A stretch of DNA of 64,000 bases from Bdellovibrionales bacterium (GTDB lineage Bacteria > Bdellovibrionota > Bdellovibrionia > Bdellovibrionales > UBA1609): positions 1,376,001 through 1,440,000 of the forward strand of contig OZ241329.1 of NCBI GenBank assembly GCA_965199825.1, written 5' to 3'. The translations under genes were made by a program, and so were the position numbers. The notes under the pieces are model-generated. The model searched no databases and was not told the origin of the DNA. It saw only the letters and a program-made list of their open reading frames with translations. Below, in pieces: positions 61,094 to 64,000 of the stretch (position 1 is the first letter of the stretch; every line of letters begins with the position of its first letter).

Positions 61094-62059
61094 CTATTTT
61101 TCTGGCAGTGACTCGGTTTCTTCTGGAGAATTCAGCATCAAGGTTTCAGGTGGGCGATCAATTGCAAAACCGATTGTTCGCTGCAGTAAGGATTTGCATA
61201 TATCTCGGACTATCGCGGGTTGAATTCCCAAAGGTGCTTTAATTTGAATCGGCTCATTATGAATTTGAATTCGACGTGAGCTCGTTATTTTTCGACGAGG
61301 AAGAGTCTCCATAAAAATTTCTGGCAAAACTTGATCCAAATAGTTTCGATAAACTGTGAGCTCATGTGGCGAAAAAACTTGATACTCCCGCGATCGTTGA
61401 GTCAAAAACTTCAAAGAGTTGGTGATATAAAATTCGTTCTCAAAAACCTGTTCAATATCGAGTCCAAAGTATTTTGCAAATCGAAATTCAAAATCAGTCA
61501 GTTGCTCGGCGGTAGCTTGGCGCAAATCAAGATCAGAAATGGCTCCAACCAACTTTCTATTTTGTTTCCAATACTGCACGCGCCACTCACCCAAGTTTTT
61601 GTAAGAAACAGATGGATAATAGGTCTCCAATTTAAATCCCATATTTACGCCTTCGTCGATCAGCCACACCCGGGTGGAGAGCCAATTCAGAGCAAGCGAA
61701 GGATAAATTCGATCAAGTGCTAAAATAAATTGTTTCTCAAAATCAATCCCAAGAGCGCTGTACCGGGGTGGAGTATTAAAAATATTTGCGTTACGAAGGC
61801 GGTCGATATTTTCGGCAATTTGTTGAGGCGACACCTTATACAATTTCGCAAAAACAACTTCGAGTTTTTCGATAGCTGTTGCCTGCTCCAGGGTTAAATC
61901 TTGGCGGAGCGAATGGTGTTTCCATACCTGTGAAGTTTGGGGCAAACGGAGCTTTGGCAATGCGGCAAGGGCCATTGTTCCAAGGATCGCGGCTCGTCGA
62001 GAGAGCGCAACTTGAGCATCGGACTGAAAACTTAATAAAATTAAAAAAATGCCCAACAT
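61094..62059 (-). CDS. exported hypothetical protein
   Basis: hydrophobic leader followed by SRRAAILG; CKSLL near the C-terminus. Confidence 0.65.
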   Translation of the reverse strand: MLGIFLILLSFQSDAQVALSRRAAILGTMALAALPKLRLPQTSQVWKHHSLRQDLTLEQATAIEKLEVVFAKLYKVSPQQIAENIDRLRNANIFNTPPRYSALGIDFEKQFILALDRIYPSLALNWLSTRVWLIDEGVNMGFKLETYYPSVSYKNLGEWRVQYWKQNRKLVGAISDLDLRQATAEQLTDFEFRFAKYFGLDIEQVFENEFYITNSLKFLTQRSREYQVFSPHELTVYRNYLDQVLPEIFMETLPRRKITSSRRIQIHNEPIQIKAPLGIQPAIVRDICKSLLQRTIGFAIDRPPETLMLNSPEETESLPEK

Positions 62060-62143
62060 ACGAAGGCAATTGTAGGGACAAGAAAGCGTAAACTCTAGGT
62101 CAGTTTGTGTTTTGAAAGAGATTACTGGGATGGCAAAAAGTTA

Positions 62144-62165
62144 GGCCCCACAGATCTGCGGGGCC
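62144..62165 (-). terminator. intrinsic terminator after recA
   Basis: GGCCCCACAGATCTGCGGGGCC hairpin followed on the minus strand by TAACTTTTT. Confidence 0.75.
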
Positions 62166-62180
62166 ATACAAAATTCGGAC

Positions 62181-63287
62181 TTATTTTTTTGCAGCTTTGC
62201 GAGACTTTTCGGCCAAAGCTTCGGTCAAATCGGCTTTTTCTTCAGCCATAGGTTTGATCAAAGGTTTAGTGATTCCGTAGGCTTCGAGCAAACGCGCACG
62301 CAATTCTTGAACAATTTCAGGGTGAGCTTTAAAAAATTCTTTGGCTTGATCGCGGCCTTGGCCCAATCGCTCGCCTTTATAAGAAAACCAGGCTCCTGAT
62401 TTATCTACGAATTCTTTTTTAACCCCAAGATCCAAAATATCGCCCTCAGCCGAAATTCCATCGCCAAACATCAGGTCGAACTCCACCTTTTGAAAGGGAG
62501 GCGCCATCTTATTTTTGACAACTTTTACAGCTGTGCGACTGCCGGTCACTTCTTCGCCGCTTTTGATTGATCCAATTCGGCGAATGTCTAAACGGACAGA
62601 AGCATAAAACTTAAGCGCATTCCCACCAGTTGTGGTCTCAGGATTTCCGAACATCACACCAATTTTCATACGGATTTGGTTAATAAAAATAACCAAGGTG
62701 TTGCTGCGACTAATGATTGCAGTCAATTTTCTAAGAGCTTGCGACATCAACCGAGCTTGAAGCCCCATGTGACTGTCGCCCATCTCGCCCTCGATTTCGG
62801 CACGTGGAGTCAGCGCCGCAACCGAATCGACCACCACAACATCAACCGCACCTGATCGCACCAAGGTCTCAACAATTTCTAAGGCTTGCTCGCCCGTATC
62901 GGGTTGAGAGATCAGCATATCCTCAACTTTGACGCCGAGCTTTCGTGCATACCCAACATCAAGCGCATGTTCCGCATCAACGAATGCAACAGTGCCACCC
63001 GCTTTTTGGGCTTGAGCAATTGTGGTTAAAGTCAGTGTGGTTTTTCCAGAGCTCTCTGGTCCAAAGATTTCAACAATACGCCCACGTGGAAGTCCACCCA
63101 CGCCAAGAGCAATATCAAGACTCAATGCACCTGTTGAGTAAACAGGAACATCTTCATTAAAAGATTTTTGACCCTCGCCCAATTTCATAATTGAGCCTTT
63201 GCCAAATTGCTTTTCGATCGTAGAGATGGCGAGTTCTAAGGCTTTGCCCTTATCCCCCGTCGAGGTTTGGTGTCCGATGTTAGCCAT
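62181..63287 (-). CDS. recA: recombinase RecA
   Basis: [58 protein letters not shown]. Confidence 0.99.
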   Translation of the reverse strand: MANIGHQTSTGDKGKALELAISTIEKQFGKGSIMKLGEGQKSFNEDVPVYSTGALSLDIALGVGGLPRGRIVEIFGPESSGKTTLTLTTIAQAQKAGGTVAFVDAEHALDVGYARKLGVKVEDMLISQPDTGEQALEIVETLVRSGAVDVVVVDSVAALTPRAEIEGEMGDSHMGLQARLMSQALRKLTAIISRSNTLVIFINQIRMKIGVMFGNPETTTGGNALKFYASVRLDIRRIGSIKSGEEVTGSRTAVKVVKNKMAPPFQKVEFDLMFGDGISAEGDILDLGVKKEFVDKSGAWFSYKGERLGQGRDQAKEFFKAHPEIVQELRARLLEAYGITKPLIKPMAEEKADLTEALAEKSRKAAKK

Positions 63288-63318
63288 AGTGTTCTCCTTG
63301 TTTCATTGGATTATAAAG

Positions 63319-63822
63319 TCACGATCGTCTAAATTCGTTCAACAAAAAATCGAAAGCAAAAAGCACTGATTGCTGTTGAATATCCTGTCTCAAACCGTGG
63401 CTAAAATGTTGTTCAAATCCTTTTTCAAATTGTGGGCCGGCAATGCCAAAGCATACAAGGCCCACAGGTTTTTCTGCGCTTCCGCCGCCCGGACCCGCAA
63501 TGCCTGTAATCCCGATGGCCCAATCCGATTTTAATTTTTCGCGAGCTCCACGAGCCATCGCAATCGCAACGTCCACATGAACTTCGCCAAGTGTTTCGAG
63601 CAGCGCAGAATCAACGCCCAAAATATTTTTTTTAACTTCACGTGCATAGGAAACAACGCCACCCAAAAAAAAATTTGAAACGCCCGCCTGAGCACTGATG
63701 CACGCCGAAGCAAGACCACCGGTGCAACTTTCGGCAAGCGCAATGGTTTGGCGAGATTCACCAAAAATTTTTGCGAGTTGAAGAACGCGATCGGAGGCTT
63801 TTGTGGAGAAATCAGGAATCAT
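63319..63822 (-). CDS. cinA: CinA/PncC nicotinamide-nucleotide amidohydrolase
   Basis: AESCTGG, GVS.FF.GGVVSY, TGIAGPGGGS.EKPVGLV; start moved to ATG 63822 after GAGGA. Confidence 0.92.
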   Translation of the reverse strand: MIPDFSTKASDRVLQLAKIFGESRQTIALAESCTGGLASACISAQAGVSNFFLGGVVSYAREVKKNILGVDSALLETLGEVHVDVAIAMARGAREKLKSDWAIGITGIAGPGGGSAEKPVGLVCFGIAGPQFEKGFEQHFSHGLRQDIQQQSVLFAFDFLLNEFRRS

Positions 63823-63835
63823 AATATTGTTATCC

Positions 63836-64000
63836 TCACAGCTGGACGCCGAGCAGATGTGTGTAAGAATAAGCTGATTGCAAAATAACATTTGTCAAGA
63901 TACCGGCGGCGATATCGTCGGCAACAACACCAACCCCACCTTTTACTTTTTGATCAATCACCGAAATCGGAAAGGGTTTAACAATGTCGATCACACGAAA
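63836..64000 (-). CDS. pgpA: phosphatidylglycerophosphatase A, 3' part (not in ORF track)
   Basis: FRVIDIVKPFPISVIDQKVKGGVGVVADDIAAG. Confidence 0.9.
   Translation of the reverse strand, partial: FRVIDIVKPFPISVIDQKVKGGVGVVADDIAAGILTNVILQSAYSYTHLLGVQL

Overview
Bacterial chromosomal window, most likely from a Bdellovibrionota (Bdellovibrio-like predator). This is inferred from the many signal-peptide hypotheticals, an FQNC-type lipoprotein leader, a Bdellovibrio-type HNH gene and the pgpA-cinA-recA order. Housekeeping and metabolic genes: cdd, AKR, OYE, HIT, SOUL, MscS, GNAT, HD protein, LLM, Hsp20, three histidine kinases, TolC plus RND pump, ptrB, recA, cinA and partial pgpA. These are interleaved with many predicted exported proteins. 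A tmRNA gene (48503-48869, minus strand, tag GENQMLAAA) borders a partly AT-rich, decaying accessory region (~35.9-48.5 kb). That region holds a HEPN protein, an HsdR_N-like nuclease, BrnT/BrnA and several broken genes. Most interesting signals: (1) three copies of a structured ~85-185 bp repeat next to the tmRNA 3' end that separate single cargo modules, two copies carrying an inverted copy of the tmRNA 3' end; (2) an HNH nuclease with eight GCGGGCACGA motifs upstream and the same motif inverted inside the gene; (3) a recurrent C-x3-L motif at the ends of unrelated exported proteins, some carrying normally cytoplasmic domains (peptide deformylase, RelE-like). All calls come from reading motifs by eye; no database searches were run.
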